DNA of 63,680 bases, counting the filler, from Folioceros fuciformis (taxonomy: Eukaryota), in NCBI GenBank assembly GCA_049999805.1. It is 11 parts of 11 records of this genome, joined end to end, with 100 filler letters (N's around TTAATTAATTAA, not from the genome) between each part and the next. Parts side by side here need not be neighbours in the genome. Positions count along the whole stretch, not along the records: positions 9,038 to 18,222 come from JBNGIO010003333.1; positions 18,323 to 31,705 come from JBNGIO010003334.1; 9 more parts are not named here. One strand, 5' to 3'. Below are positions 10,984 through 22,700 of this stretch, piece after piece. Positions within the stretch are counted from its first letter, which is position 1. Every line of letters begins with the position of its first letter. A program made the translations under genes and the position numbers. Below the pieces are notes generated by a model. That model was given only the letters and a program-made list of their open reading frames with translations. It ran no database searches and was not told the DNA's origin.

Positions 10984-13341
10984 TCAGGAGCGCCGCACAT
11001 GGCTGTCTGCTCGGGAGCGGAGCGTGATGGTGCCCAGGCTGGTGGGGCCGCAGTAGCCGGCGAAGACGTTGCTGTAGGACTTGGTGAGGTAGGCGAAGTT
11101 GGCGACGGCGGGAAGGGCGGCCACCCGCTCGCCCTGCTCCAGAAGCGTCTGCAGGTCCAGCCGCTGCAGCGTGAGCACGGCCTTGGACTCGCGCCACACG
11201 AAGGCCAGCGTGCCTCTGGCGTCCACGAACAGGTCTCCGGGCTTAGAGCCCGGGTAGCGGAAGCCATACCCGTTGGCTATGCCTTCGCCTTGGTAGCTCT
11301 CGACCGTGTCCCCCCAGTGCCCGTCCCGAAGGCGTTCCCAGGGGAACGCTTCCGCCGACGGTTCCTCCATCTTGGCCGTGAACATGGCGGAGCCGTTTGG
11401 GTGCAGCACATAGTGAGTGCCCTCTAGAATCTTGGTGGCGATCAGCAGCCGCCCATCCTCCGTCTCGTCGTAGGAGAGGAGCAGGAAAAAGAGGGCCTTC
11501 CCGGGCTTGTCGTCGGCGGGCCTGCCCGGCGGCCACCCGAATGTCCCTCCCCACAGTCCCGCGTGCTCCCTCCCCACCTCCGCCTTCTGCTCCGGCATCT
11601 TGTAGAGAGCGAAGCGATTGTCGTGCATGATGGGCCAGGCCCGGTAGAAGGAGAGCTTCCAGCTGGTGGCGTGCAGGCGCAGCCCCACGCTCGTGCCCTG
11701 CCGCAAGAATTCCTGCAGCTGCAACCGCTTTTTCTCCGCGTTGCTGCTGCTGTTACTACCGCTCATGCCGCTGTTACCCGTTCCTGCCCGTCCATAAGCA
11801 TCATCTTGGCCCCCCACGTAGCTGTGATTCTTTCCAATAATCTGCTTCATCTTGCTCCTCACGAATTTCGCAAACCCCAGCTTGCCCTTGTTGCTGCTGC
11901 TCCCGCCATGGGAGGAAGATGATGCCACTCCAGCTGCTGCCGCAGACGGACAGGAGCTGGTTCCCACTGCCGTTGATCCTGAACATGGTCCTCCACCTCC
12001 ACCCTTGCCCTTGATGCTGCTGCTGGGCTTGACAGATGAGGAGGAAGAGGAGGAGAAAGACGAGGAGGAGGAGGAGGAGGAAGAAGGCGGCATGTTATCC
12101 CGCTCCCCGGCCCCACACAAAGCGCGGAGCAGGCTCTCGGAATCCACGCCCTCGCACTGAGATCCCGACTCAGGCTCCATGGCACAGGGGTCGCCGTGGC
12201 TGTACATCCACATGAGGAGAAGCCGACGCTCGGCCAACAGAAGTAGGTCCCTCTGCCGTACCTGCTTGTAAGCCTGCGCGTCCTGATCGGAGCTGAATTC
12301 CAGCCTCCGGCTAAGAAAGAGAGGGCCCCTGGCGCTGTCCGGGACGCTGAGGCCGACGTGCGGGGCCAGGTGCTCCAGCAGCCGCCTGCGGTCTCCGAAG
12401 GCAAGCCGGTTGAAGGGCACAGCCTCTCCTGCATCATCTGCATCCCCGGCAACCAGCGCACAACATCTTCTACAACCACAACGATTGCTACGACCCGAGC
12501 TGCTATTGCCGACCTTGCGTGAAGAAGAAGTGGAAGACGTTGCTCCTCTCCCGTTGCCGTGGCCGAATGCAGCGTTGTTGTTGGTGTTGTTGTAATCATC
12601 GCCATCCGCGGAGTCGTCGCTGTGATCAGCAAGAGGCGCCACCACCAGCGGGCTGTCCGGGCTGGTGGGAGAGCAGGGCTTCGCGGCGGCGCTGATCGTG
12701 CTGGCTGCAGCACCGCGCATTAGCGGCTCAGCCTCCAGGAGCAGAACGTTGGGATTCTCCCGCGAGGGCTTGAAGCGGCCGGGGTAGCAGAAGTCCCTGT
12801 CCCTGTCCCGGCCGTGGAGGAAGAAGGCGAGCGAGCCGTCGGAATTGCCGATGATCTCGAAGACGGGCGCCCAGAGCAGGCCTGTGTCGAGACCCTTGGG
12901 CCCCAGCTCCTGCGGGATGATGCGGCATCCCACCACAGAGACGAAGCCCCAGGTGACGTACACCATGTTGCCCAGCTCCGGGTTCTGATGCACCCAGATG
13001 CCCACCAGCGGCTTGACGCTGTCGAGGAAGCGGCAGAGGGCCTTGAAGGAGGGCATGGCGCCGCGCCAGGCGTGCAGATCCACCACTTCCCGCGGCACCA
13101 GCCTCTCGCAGTGCGGCAGCCACAGCTTATCGGAAGTGCAAAGGCTGCGGAGCTTCCGACAAGTGGAGCTCAGGTTGCACAGATCCCTGTGCTGCATGGC
13201 GCCGGAGATGAGCGCCAGCACGTCGTCCGGGAGCTCCTGCAGCAAGCTCTCCCTGCTGCTGCAACCGCCTTCCCCCCATCCCGCCATCGCCATCCCCTCC
13301 CTTCCCTGCCCGTCACCGCCCTCTCGCGCGTATCTGCTCAC
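10984..13341 (-). CDS. F-box protein, At5g39450-like, single exon
   Basis: N-terminal F-box LLQELPDDVLALI; conserved WVHQNPELGN, VGCRIIPQELGP, YRAWP, LWGGTFGWPPG, KILEGTHYVLHPNGS, GYGFRYPGSKPG, YLTKSYSNVF. Confidence 0.93.
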   Translation of the reverse strand: MSRYAREGGDGQGREGMAMAGWGEGGCSSRESLLQELPDDVLALISGAMQHRDLCNLSSTCRKLRSLCTSDKLWLPHCERLVPREVVDLHAWRGAMPSFKALCRFLDSVKPLVGIWVHQNPELGNMVYVTWGFVSVVGCRIIPQELGPKGLDTGLLWAPVFEIIGNSDGSLAFFLHGRDRDRDFCYPGRFKPSRENPNVLLLEAEPLMRGAAASTISAAAKPCSPTSPDSPLVVAPLADHSDDSADGDDYNNTNNNAAFGHGNGRGATSSTSSSRKVGNSSSGRSNRCGCRRCCALVAGDADDAGEAVPFNRLAFGDRRRLLEHLAPHVGLSVPDSARGPLFLSRRLEFSSDQDAQAYKQVRQRDLLLLAERRLLLMWMYSHGDPCAMEPESGSQCEGVDSESLLRALCGAGERDNMPPSSSSSSSSSFSSSSSSSVKPSSSIKGKGGGGGPCSGSTAVGTSSCPSAAAAGVASSSSHGGSSSNKGKLGFAKFVRSKMKQIIGKNHSYVGGQDDAYGRAGTGNSGMSGSNSSSNAEKKRLQLQEFLRQGTSVGLRLHATSWKLSFYRAWPIMHDNRFALYKMPEQKAEVGREHAGLWGGTFGWPPGRPADDKPGKALFFLLLSYDETEDGRLLIATKILEGTHYVLHPNGSAMFTAKMEEPSAEAFPWERLRDGHWGDTVESYQGEGIANGYGFRYPGSKPGDLFVDARGTLAFVWRESKAVLTLQRLDLQTLLEQGERVAALPAVANFAYLTKSYSNVFAGYCGPTSLGTITLRSRADSHVRRS

Positions 13342-14354
13342 AACCCTAGTCCGCTTTTGGAATCCAGCGCTTACTCTCCTGTCACAGTCCCTCCTTTCCT
13401 TCCTCTACCCTTCTCCACCCCGGCAGCGTGAGTGGGTCACGGGCCTGCTGTTGGGCTGTGCTGTTCTGTGCTGTGTGCTGGTGATGTGCTGTGCGGCGCC
13501 CGGGCCGGCCCGCCCAAGTGTCCTGCTCAGCGCCCGGGCCCACCTCCACAGTCCCGTTCAGGCCCACACGCAAACACCTCTCACACACGCACATGCAAGC
13601 AAGCAAAGACGAAGGCAAAAACCTTGCCGCGCCTCACCGCAGTAGACAGACACCCCCGTTCTTTCTCTCCAACGCGCACCGGCGGCGTCTCATACCAGCC
13701 TGGCCCCCTCCGCCCTACGGCCCCTACACTATCTAGACAATGTGATTTGCTGCCACTTCACTCTGTTTCTCTCTCCACCCTGAACGTACTCTCTCTCCGT
13801 CGCGCCATTTGATGAGAACCATTTTGATACCGTCCGAATCTCATTAAATGTGGCTTGCCTTTTTTTGAATCACGCCTCCTTATCCCCCGGGCAGGCGCGA
13901 ACGTTCAATCAGGCCGCGATGAATGCAATGCTTTCACGACGGCCTCCTCCTCGTTACCCAACGTCATTTCATTATTCCGTATTTCTGTAACCTTCTGAGC
14001 TCTGCAAGCCGGCAGCAAAGTACCGCATCCACCAGGGCATAAATTTGGGCTCCCTCCTCGAGGCGCCAGGGGCTATTCGTCACTACAAAGTAATTGAAGG
14101 CACGAAACCCGAAGCGCCAGGTCGTCATGGTCATGTCTTTGTTTGCATCATGCTAAGCGCAAAGTCACCGTGGTGTCCATCATCTGAGCTCTAATAACAG
14201 AGTACCTGGCCGTAATGCATGCCGTTCCGGACCACTGTAATCTCACTGCAACGTAACCGTAACTGTTTGTATTCCAGCTGTATACAGCACAAATACCTTG
14301 CGCGAGTTACTTGACAGCGCCTTATACCAATGCGTATCAAGTTACATTGCGTGG

Positions 14355-14422
14355 TTGCTTGTGTTTTGAGATTGCTTGTGTTTTGAGATTGCTTTGTGTT
14401 TTGAGATTGCTTGTGTTTTGAG
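14355..14422. repeat. 17-bp tandem repeat GTGTTTTGAGATTGCTT, ~4 copies
   Basis: Directly visible. Confidence 0.9.
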
Positions 14423-14482
14423 AGGATAGCATAGCAGTGAGCACGGAAAGCAAGCTTCGTAGTTCACGCTCCATAGTGCACG

Positions 14483-14966
14483 ATGAGGATTGATCTCCAA
14501 TCGGTGATCGCTCAGTTGGAAGAAGACAAACCTATGCAACTCGTGCCACTGCGCATTGTTGTTGAGGATTATGATGCAGGCTCATATATGTATCCAGGAT
14601 GTGTTACTTGTTTCACAGCAATCTCCCCAAATGATTGGTGCAAACAGTGTAAGGAAGTTGTAAGTGACAAGCTGCATTATCGGTTACGATTGCTACTTGC
14701 ATATTCAAGTTCCAAGACGGCAACCACTTTCGCTCCGGAAGGGATTTTATGAGGTTGACTCCGGAGAAGCTCCAGGAGAAGCCTCAACTTTGCTTAGAAG
14801 GTTGCAAGGAAGGCATTTCTTTTGCCTCTTCTCCATTAAGAGAGCCACTGCTCACCACCTTGCAAGCGTGATTATTTTACAAGCTAACGCAGTGTATGTG
14901 CAGGACTTGTTTGCAAGCGTGATTATTTTACAAGCTAACGCAGTGTATGTGCAGGGAACACACTAG
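14483..14966 (+). pseudogene. RPA1 C-terminal-like Zn-finger OB-fold gene inside the MULE, frameshifted near 14730
   Basis: YMYPGCVTC-x9-CKQC-x9-YRLRLLL...ATTF, continuing in a second frame as GFYEVD...LRRLQGRHFFCLFSIK; 51-bp tandem duplication at 14860-14955. Confidence 0.65.
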
Positions 14967-15516
14967 CTAGACCACACCTAGGAAAACCATGTTGTGCTAA
15001 TAGCCCAAGAACACCATGCATTGAAGATTTGTCCTTAGATATCATGGACACGGCCATACCCACATCTTCTCATGTAAACATGAATTTACAACTTGCAAAT
15101 AAGCCTTTGTCATTGTCTGCTGCTCTTCTCGTTTGCTCCTGCTTAACCATAGTAGGGGCTATAGTGACAATGTCCCTCCCAACTACCCCCTTGCCACTAT
15201 TTCTCTCATGCATTGCACTGTGTTGGCTTTCGTAAGACATCCCCACTATTTTGTATTTGAAAAACGAAAGATGTGGCTTAAAGTGGAAGCATCTTTTGTC
15301 CATCATGTGATCACAAAAATGGTATATGTTCACACATTCATGATTCCAGCAAGTAATAATGAAAACTACCTAGTTCAATATACCAATGCCAAATCTATGG
15401 CTTAAAGTGGAAGCATCTTTTTTGTCCATCCATCCATGTAATCACAAAATGGTACATGTACACACATTCCATGAGCAGTTACACGCTCCATGTTTCAGGT
15501 GTGTCTGTTCCAGCAA

Positions 15517-17885
15517 CTACATGCTCCATGCTTTAGGTGTGTTTGTTCCAGCGGCTACATGCTCCATGAATGATCGCTCCTTCTTCTGCTTAGAAAGATT
15601 ACAACTACTTTTTGTTTTCCAAAATGCAAGCTTTTTTTTTAAGCTGTTATCAAAATTGGTAGGATCAACCAAGGTAGGAAGTGTAGGCAACATGTTCTTC
15701 GCTTCTACCTCTGCTCTCAATCCCTCTAGCCGCCTAATCAATTGTTGGAATAAAGCTGCTACATGTTGTTGCAAAAAAAGGCCACTTTTGTAACATGGTT
15801 GCTTACTGTTGGCACAAAGTTTCCATGTTTGGAGTCGCATCTACTAATTGGCTTATTGCTTGTGTGCGTGAATGGGGTAGTTTCACTTTGCCTTGCAGCT
15901 ACAACCCCTTTGTTCTTACAGAAGTCTATGCTTGCATCTTTTGTAATTGATATCCAAAGTTGACGACAGTGTGTCTGAGCTTGGGCAACCTTGGAGTACC
16001 TGGCAAGTAACTTGTGAGTGGGGACTACATTGTCCATTGGCATCATGACCTTCAATTGGTGCTTGCACATGAAGCCTCTTGTTCTATGCTTGCATGTGCA
16101 ATAACCCCATGGTGTTCCTACACCACTCACTGTATACATGCACGCGCTTCCATGATCCTGACTTCGCACATAAGCAAGGCTAGGAGATACTATGTTTGAC
16201 AACTATACATCACTGTCCGCAATGCACAAAGCCTCTTGAAAGGCACTCTTTACTATTTGCTCCTGGTTTGAGTTCTTAAGCATGCCAGCTCCTTTACATT
16301 GTGCCACATACCAAAAATGTTTGTTCACTTCCTCAAACAAAATGTGCAGAAGCCAGTCTAAACGCCAACTACGTAGATAGCCAGCATCTGTACTTCAAAT
16401 GCTTGTGGTATGCCTCAATAGATGAGTTGCAATCTTGTCCTGCATGTGGGACTATACGCATAGCTTTAATCCATTGATGCATGTTACAACCCCACTGGTC
16501 CCTAAAGTACTTAACAAAGCTAGCAGCATGCTCACAAAAGGTGTTATAGAAGTGTACCAATTTTTCTTTGCATGCTTGCTTCACATCGACACTCTCATCA
16601 AAGTTCATATGCATAATGTCACCTAGGCACCTCATAATGGCTTGTCTTTTGTGCCGTTTCTTTACCTTTTTCAGCAGTTGCCGTAACCAGGCTCTCCTAA
16701 CATACCATAATCATAAAACGATTAGCATAGATGTTCCAAACACAGCTTTGGATGACATTGATTTCTGCCATACAATCATCTACAAGAAAAAGCATTGGGC
16801 TGCTATACAGACTAATGTTGTACCATCTTTTCATGCAAGCAATGCAACTACTGTGAAATAGCATATGATGTGGCCTTACTTGTGACAACTCAAGCCAAAG
16901 GAATGCCATTGAAGTGGTCATCAAATACCAAAACTGTGAAGAGCTGGAACTTCCATTTGTTGGTGTCAAATGTGGCATCTATATCAATGATCGAGTTGTG
17001 ACCCTAATGAAGCATTTCTTGCATTTGAAAATCTCTCTAGATGCCTAGCATGAAGCCTGTAGCATGGTCTTCTATTCTTGGTAGTGGATAAAATACTTTA
17101 GATCTATGGATATCCATCCATAACTTAACACTCACCTCATCTCGTGAATGAAAACACCACACCCTAGCATCAAGTTCAACTTGCAAATTCCTAATGTCAC
17201 TAGGAAGGAGAAAATCATCCCTCTGAAGCACTGCTTGTGGATCACCTTACTTTCGTAAGAAAACATCAGACTCTGATGTCTTGCTCAACAATTTGTACTT
17301 CACCCATTCCTTTTTTACCACAGATAAGGAAGGAGCCAGAGTGCAATTTAGACTTGAGTTGATGGTAAGCGCTCCCAGTGGAATCGATATGGTGTGTTTC
17401 ATGTAATCGTAATTTAGCTGTATCAGGGAACATTTCAAGTTGGCTAACAAACACCAAAAATTGGCATCCACGCTTCTTACTCTCCCCATGCATCACCTTA
17501 GAGTGCCTACTGCCAGCAGCACAAATGTCTGATTCCATGAAACTGTATTTTTTGGAACTAAAAGCACAACTGAATTTCATGTAATGGCAAGGAGTGGTTG
17601 GAGAGATTGCATTTTGTCTAATGCTTGACCGTGTCCACATGTTCACCCTTACCAACTTCGTTGCAAAGAATTTTATTGCCTCCTCCCCAACGATGAAATC
17701 TTCATATCTTCCCCATGGAATGTAAAAGTTTTGCCGGGACTAACTTTCTTCCTTGACTGTGTGCACAACATCTTGGCATTCTAGGTTTCCTTTGAGAAAG
17801 GTCCTGGGCAAGGAGTCTGAACAATGAAAGGGAACGTTTGTGGCTGAACGAGAACTTCTGCATTTCTACACCCAACTTCCATCAT
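15517..17885 (-). pseudogene. MULE transposase with SWIM zinc finger, disrupted
   Basis: DATFDTNKWKFQLFTVLVFDDHFNGIPLA, FLVDDCMAE, CNSSIEAYH, SWIM YCTCKHRTRGFMCKH; many stops and frameshifts. Confidence 0.9.
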
Positions 17886-18322
17886 GATCTTTGGAATCTA
17901 GAGACAACCCGATTGTTCAAGTTCACTCAATCGAAGCACTCAATTGTGCACGTCGCTTCAGACCCAGTTTGGAATAGCAACATGTGCGGGATGCCTTGCA
18001 TTTGTGGCTAAGAACATTTGAAAGGTAGTTGCGATGTCTCCTCTTCAAATTTCCGCGCCGTAGATGTATACAGCTAGAATACAAACAGTTACGGTTACGC
18101 TACAGTCAGATTACAATGATCCGGAACGGCATGCATTACGACCAGGCACTCTGTTATTAGAGCTCAGATTATGGACACGGTGACTTTGCGCTTAGCATGA
18201 TGCAAACAAAGACATGACCATGNNNNNNNNNNNNNNNNNNNNNNNNNNNNNNNNNNNNNNNNNNNNTTAATTAATTAANNNNNNNNNNNNNNNNNNNNNN
18301 NNNNNNNNNNNNNNNNNNNNNN

Positions 18323-20814
18323 AACGCGTGCCATGTCAGGTTCAAAATCAGGTGCTGGTGGATCCTCTTGTTCCCCACCTGCAGGAGCAACATCCTCAGG
18401 AAGATCCTCAAAGTATGATACATCCTGTTCAAGATGTTCCCAACTGTCATCCTCGAGAGCATAATTGTCTGAAGCTCCCACTGGCCAGAAACGATTTTCA
18501 TCAAAGGTAACGCTCCTGGAGTAGATGACATGATTGGCTGGCACATCATATAGCTTATATGCCTTGATGCCTTCAGTGTAACCTAACATCAGCAATTTCT
18601 GGGCTTTGTTAAACAGCTTCTTGCGCTTCTCCCTGGGGACGAAGGCATACGCAACACAACCAAAAGTCCTCAAATGCAGGATCTTGGGCTTGTGTCCATA
18701 GAAGGCTTCATAGGGAGTCATCCCTTCAACAGCACTAGTAGGCAACCTGTTCCTTAGGTAGACAGAGGTTGTAAGGGCTTCTGCCCAGTAGGACAGGGGG
18801 AGGTGAGCATGATTCAGCAAGGAAGATGTCATCTCCTGCAGAGTAAGATTCATATGCTCAGCCACCCCGTTCTGTTGAGGTGTGTAAACAACTGTAAGCT
18901 ACCTGGCAATTCCTTCATCTGTACAGAAGGTCTAAAAGTCATGTGAGGTAAATTCCCCACCGTTATCTGAACGCAGGGTTTTCAGCTGCTTCCCTGTCCA
19001 GCGTTCTGCAAACTTCAAGTAAGCTTTGAAATGTGAAAAGCATTCACTCTTGGCCTTGAGGATATAGGCACTAACAAAACGGGTTTTGTCGTCTGTAAAG
19101 GTAAGGAAGTATCTCCCACCACCGAGAGAAGGCTTTGACAAGGGGCCACATAAGTCTGTGTGCACCAACTCCAAGACTTCAGATGCCCTATGAGGAGCTT
19201 TATTTCTGAAAGCTGCTTGATGGCGCTTAGCAAGAACACAAGGTTCACAAAGAGGTAAAGGCACTAATTTGCCTATAGGGCCATCTGCATAGAGATCACT
19301 TACGGCTATCTTCTGTAACTTGCTGCTGTGTGGGTGACCTAATCTAGCATGCCACAACTTAGATTTGGCTATCTGTTGTGTAGAGGCTTGGGAGTCCTCA
19401 TGTGTCAGATGGGACTGAACTGCACCTCTGGAGCTGTGAAGACGAAACAGGTCATGTTCTGAAGACCCATAAGCTAAAACCTTGCTAGGATTAAAAGCAT
19501 CTATCACCTTACACTCTGTATGTGTGAAAAGTATGTGACTGTTATTGTCTATGTTCAGTCGCCTAACGGAGATGAGATTTCGTGTCATCTCAGGTACATA
19601 ATACACGTCTAAGAGTGACAAGATAACTCCAGATGGCACAGGCAGCTGTACTGTTCCTATGCCTGGAGAGACAAGTGATCTATTATCACCAAGATAGACG
19701 AATTGGTCCTTTACTGACCTGTAAGTCTGAAATGCGTTTCTATCAAAACACATGTGAGCAGTGGCACCTGTGTCTAAGTACCACTCTGTAAATTGTTTAG
19801 CACTTGTTTTTGCTGACAGACATGTGGGTGTAGGGACAGAGTTTAGATACTGCCCTGTCTCAACCATAAGGACTGATGGCGATGGCTGCTTCTTGACCAC
19901 AATGTTGGTCTCAGCGTTTCCCTCCTTGCGAGGTAAGCCAGCTTGCTTTTTTTTCTGCATTCTCGTTCCCAGTGTCCAGGGATTTTGCACCAATTGCACA
20001 CCCCTGGTTTCTTACTCTTCTTCTGCGCAGACTGTGTTGAGTGGCCTCCTTGCGAGCCACCACCTCGGGACGAACTAGATCCACCGCCTCTGGAGTATGG
20101 CCTTGCGCCACCTCGCCCACGGTTGGATGTAAACAGCGCTTGCTGCTTGCCAGCACGCCTGCCTAGTCCTCCTCTGGTCGCCTCCTCTTCTAGGAGGGAC
20201 CCAACAAGCTCTGCGAATGTTAATTCTGGTACCTTAAGACCAGCTGACTTAGCTAGCTTGGCTACCTGCAACTGGGATGCATGAATGGATGTCACAAAGT
20301 GTGACCAGGATGGGGGTAAGGAGAGCAACAAATAGAGTGTTAGCATCTCGTCCTTAATTGTCTCGCCAGTAGCATTTTCTAGCTTTGAGACTAATGTTCT
20401 GAATGTCATGACATGTTTTTCTACAGATTCTCCTTCACGCATCTTGCATTGCTGAAGGTTGCTAAGGGCTAACAGCTGATTTGCGGAGTTCTTTCCAGCA
20501 TACAATTCTTCAAGACGACCCCAGATCTCTTCTGCTGTCTTACAGCCAGCAGTTTGTCGCATCATATCTGCTGTGAGGCCGCTCCTGATGAGGTACATGG
20601 CAAACTCATTTCTGAGTTGTCGTGCCTCCCTTTGCTGTGAAGTTTCTCCTTCTTCTGGCAAGTCTGACCCTGTTGTGGTGTTCCAGAGTTTTCTGCTCTG
20701 GAGTGCGCCTTTCATGCGCATTACCCATATGTCATACTGACGACCGTCGAATCTGTCTTTTTCTTTAAAGCTTTCTCCTCCTCCAACAACTGATGAGGAA
20801 GCTGTGTCTCCCAT
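18323..20814 (-). mobile_element. Ty1/Copia element 3: gag-PR-INT; RT lies beyond the contig end
   Basis: gag RFDGRQYDIW, CNWCKIPGHWEREC; WYLDTGATAHM; LWHARLGH, LELVHTDLCGP, LRSDNGGEF; frameshift near 19950 and stop at 18932. Confidence 0.95.
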
Positions 20815-20943
20815 TGCGGGAGGTATACAGAGGTGATGAGGCTACTGGCTACTACCAAGGACAGATCTACAGGAGGGCAGCTAGCATGTTGACAGGTCTG
20901 ATAACCTCATGTAAGCTAGCTGATTGTTGTGCCTCCTTTTCTG

Positions 20944-21600
20944 CTATCTGTTCCTTCCTAATTGTGAACCTACTGTATGTGTAGGTTGCACATGATGGAC
21001 AGGAGTTAGGATCATCAAAACGCTGATTTCCACTAGTGCACTTAATTGATCTTGTTGCAAAAGTGCGAGATTCAGGGTTTTGAGCAACTCAGGTTTCAGC
21101 AAAACATGGATTTTGTAATCCAAGTGGTAAAGTTGCTCCCTCAGATCCTGTAAGTCCACACTCACGCCTGCAATGCTTTTGTTCAGATTTACGTAGCGCC
21201 TGTCAACAAACAGGGCATGTAATTCTATTCTGGAAATGATCTGTGAAACTGTGGCTGGTGGTGCAGGCTGAGTTGTTAGGAAACCATTAGGGTTTCCATG
21301 CACGTCCAGGGCGGGTCTGAGGCGCGGCTCCAGATGATTGGCTTCTGCTGCCTGCTCACGGGGATCAACAAACAGTTGCTGGTAGTCAGGATAGAGGGTA
21401 GAAACCAAGAAATTGTAAGCCTCCCGCAGTCGAGTGCAGTGGGCAGGCCGGTCCTGATTTCTCAACGTCCACTCTTGTGTCTGCCGGTGCAGGCGATCAG
21501 CAACATTTCTGTCATTTAAGGGTCCCCTGAGAGATCGACTGCGCAGGTTGATGCGCTCAGCAGGTCGAGGCTGCCACATCTGGCCCTCGTTCTGTGCCAT
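20944..21600 (-). CDS. Extra 218-aa ORF between the PBS and gag of Copia element 3, function unknown
   Basis: ATG-started uninterrupted ORF on the gag strand, inside the element; heptad-like C-terminal half. Confidence 0.55.
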   Translation of the reverse strand: MAQNEGQMWQPRPAERINLRSRSLRGPLNDRNVADRLHRQTQEWTLRNQDRPAHCTRLREAYNFLVSTLYPDYQQLFVDPREQAAEANHLEPRLRPALDVHGNPNGFLTTQPAPPATVSQIISRIELHALFVDRRYVNLNKSIAGVSVDLQDLREQLYHLDYKIHVLLKPELLKTLNLALLQQDQLSALVEISVLMILTPVHHVQPTHTVGSQLGRNR

Positions 21601-21963
21601 CTGTGATGGCTTGTAATTTGGTTGTAAGAATGCTAATTTTATGCATTCTGTTCATTATTATTTCTCTATTTACATAGTAATTTGCACTATCTAGCAGGTG
21701 TTCTAGTGTAGTTCTATCAGAATTGTTATTGAAAAACAATCTGAATAGAATTGCACTAGAATACAGCTACTAGATCTGCAAATTAACAAATTGTAAATAA
21801 GCAAATAAAGAAACAACCAGAAAACTTAAGTTCTTGATTTTGTTTTTGGTTTCATTTCAAGAAAACATTCTTAAACATAAAACAACCAAAAACGCATGTT
21901 TGTGCGCATCCTAAGGTGCACAATTTTATGTGCATTCTCTAGAATGCAACCTGCATCATCACA

Positions 21964-22170
21964 GCTCTGATACCATGACAATTTTATAAGGATAATGCAG
22001 ATTTTATTATTAAAAACATAAAACGATGATCGAGAAAAGAAGTTAAAATAAAATTGGTATGTGTCTTTTCGCTAAGAGTCGTAACCCTAATGAAGAGGTA
22101 TTTAACTTAAACCATGTATAGACCTAAGATATATATGTTATCTAAATAGCTAACCCTAGGTTACTTAACA
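21964..22170 (-). repeat. 5' LTR (21976-22170, ~195 bp) and tRNA-iMet PBS of Copia element 3
   Basis: Minus strand TGTTAAG...ATTGTCA followed directly by TGGTATCAGAGC. Confidence 0.85.
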
Positions 22171-22544
22171 TGTCGATAACATAACATCGCTTTTATACTT
22201 CATCAGCTATGGCTGCATGTGTTTGGATGGATCAATTATTTTTGCTAATAGCAGTTGGCATGCTGAACATCGAAGTGTACCACCTTCCAGACTCGTACAC
22301 GAAAGAGGAAATTTTTTTAAAGTACAATAGGCAAATGCAACAAGCGGAACAGTACAGTGTGTCTTACTCTTATTTTTATCAGTAGTGGGCTTCACATTTT
22401 CACAAAGTGCAAATTCCAAAGACCAATAGGTTTTCGTTATGTATTACCTACGACTACATGAAAGGAACATACGATCCGAGTCTGATAAGAAGAAGCAAGG
22501 TACGTAAGAGTGTTTTAAAAGTGTGTTTGTTATGGGCATTTCAA

Positions 22545-22700
22545 GTGCGTCGGTCGACCGGTGCAGTTCCTTTCCTCCTTGTGTTATAAGTGTGTCGGTT
22601 GACTGGCGCACTCTATCATCTTGGTATGATAGGGGTGCGCCGGTAGACTGGTGCACTCCCTCTACTGAGCATTACAAAGTGTGACGGTCGACCGGTGCAC
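22545..22700. repeat. Four degenerate 22-bp palindromes (consensus GTGCGCCGGTCGACCGGCGCAC), 44-45 bp period, in the transposase intron
   Basis: Copies start at 22545, 22590, 22635, 22679. Confidence 0.9.

Larger units (their letters stand above)
14069..18222 (-). mobile_element. Mutator-like element (MULE) with long TIRs; right end cut by the contig end
   Basis: 14126-14286 is a near-identical inverted copy of 18065-18222; putative GGGG terminus at 14069; internal transposase. Confidence 0.88.

Noticed and set aside
10880-13812. Many overlapping antisense and alternative-frame ORFs over the F-box gene (likewise over the PPR, TBC and 44.6-46.2 kb genes)
   Set aside because: Expected shadows of GC-rich coding sequence; no motifs
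22545-22700. CRISPR array (palindromic repeats with unique spacers)
   Set aside because: Eukaryotic transposon intron, degenerate repeats, no cas genes or leader; the same motif recurs elsewhere with other periods and repeated spacers
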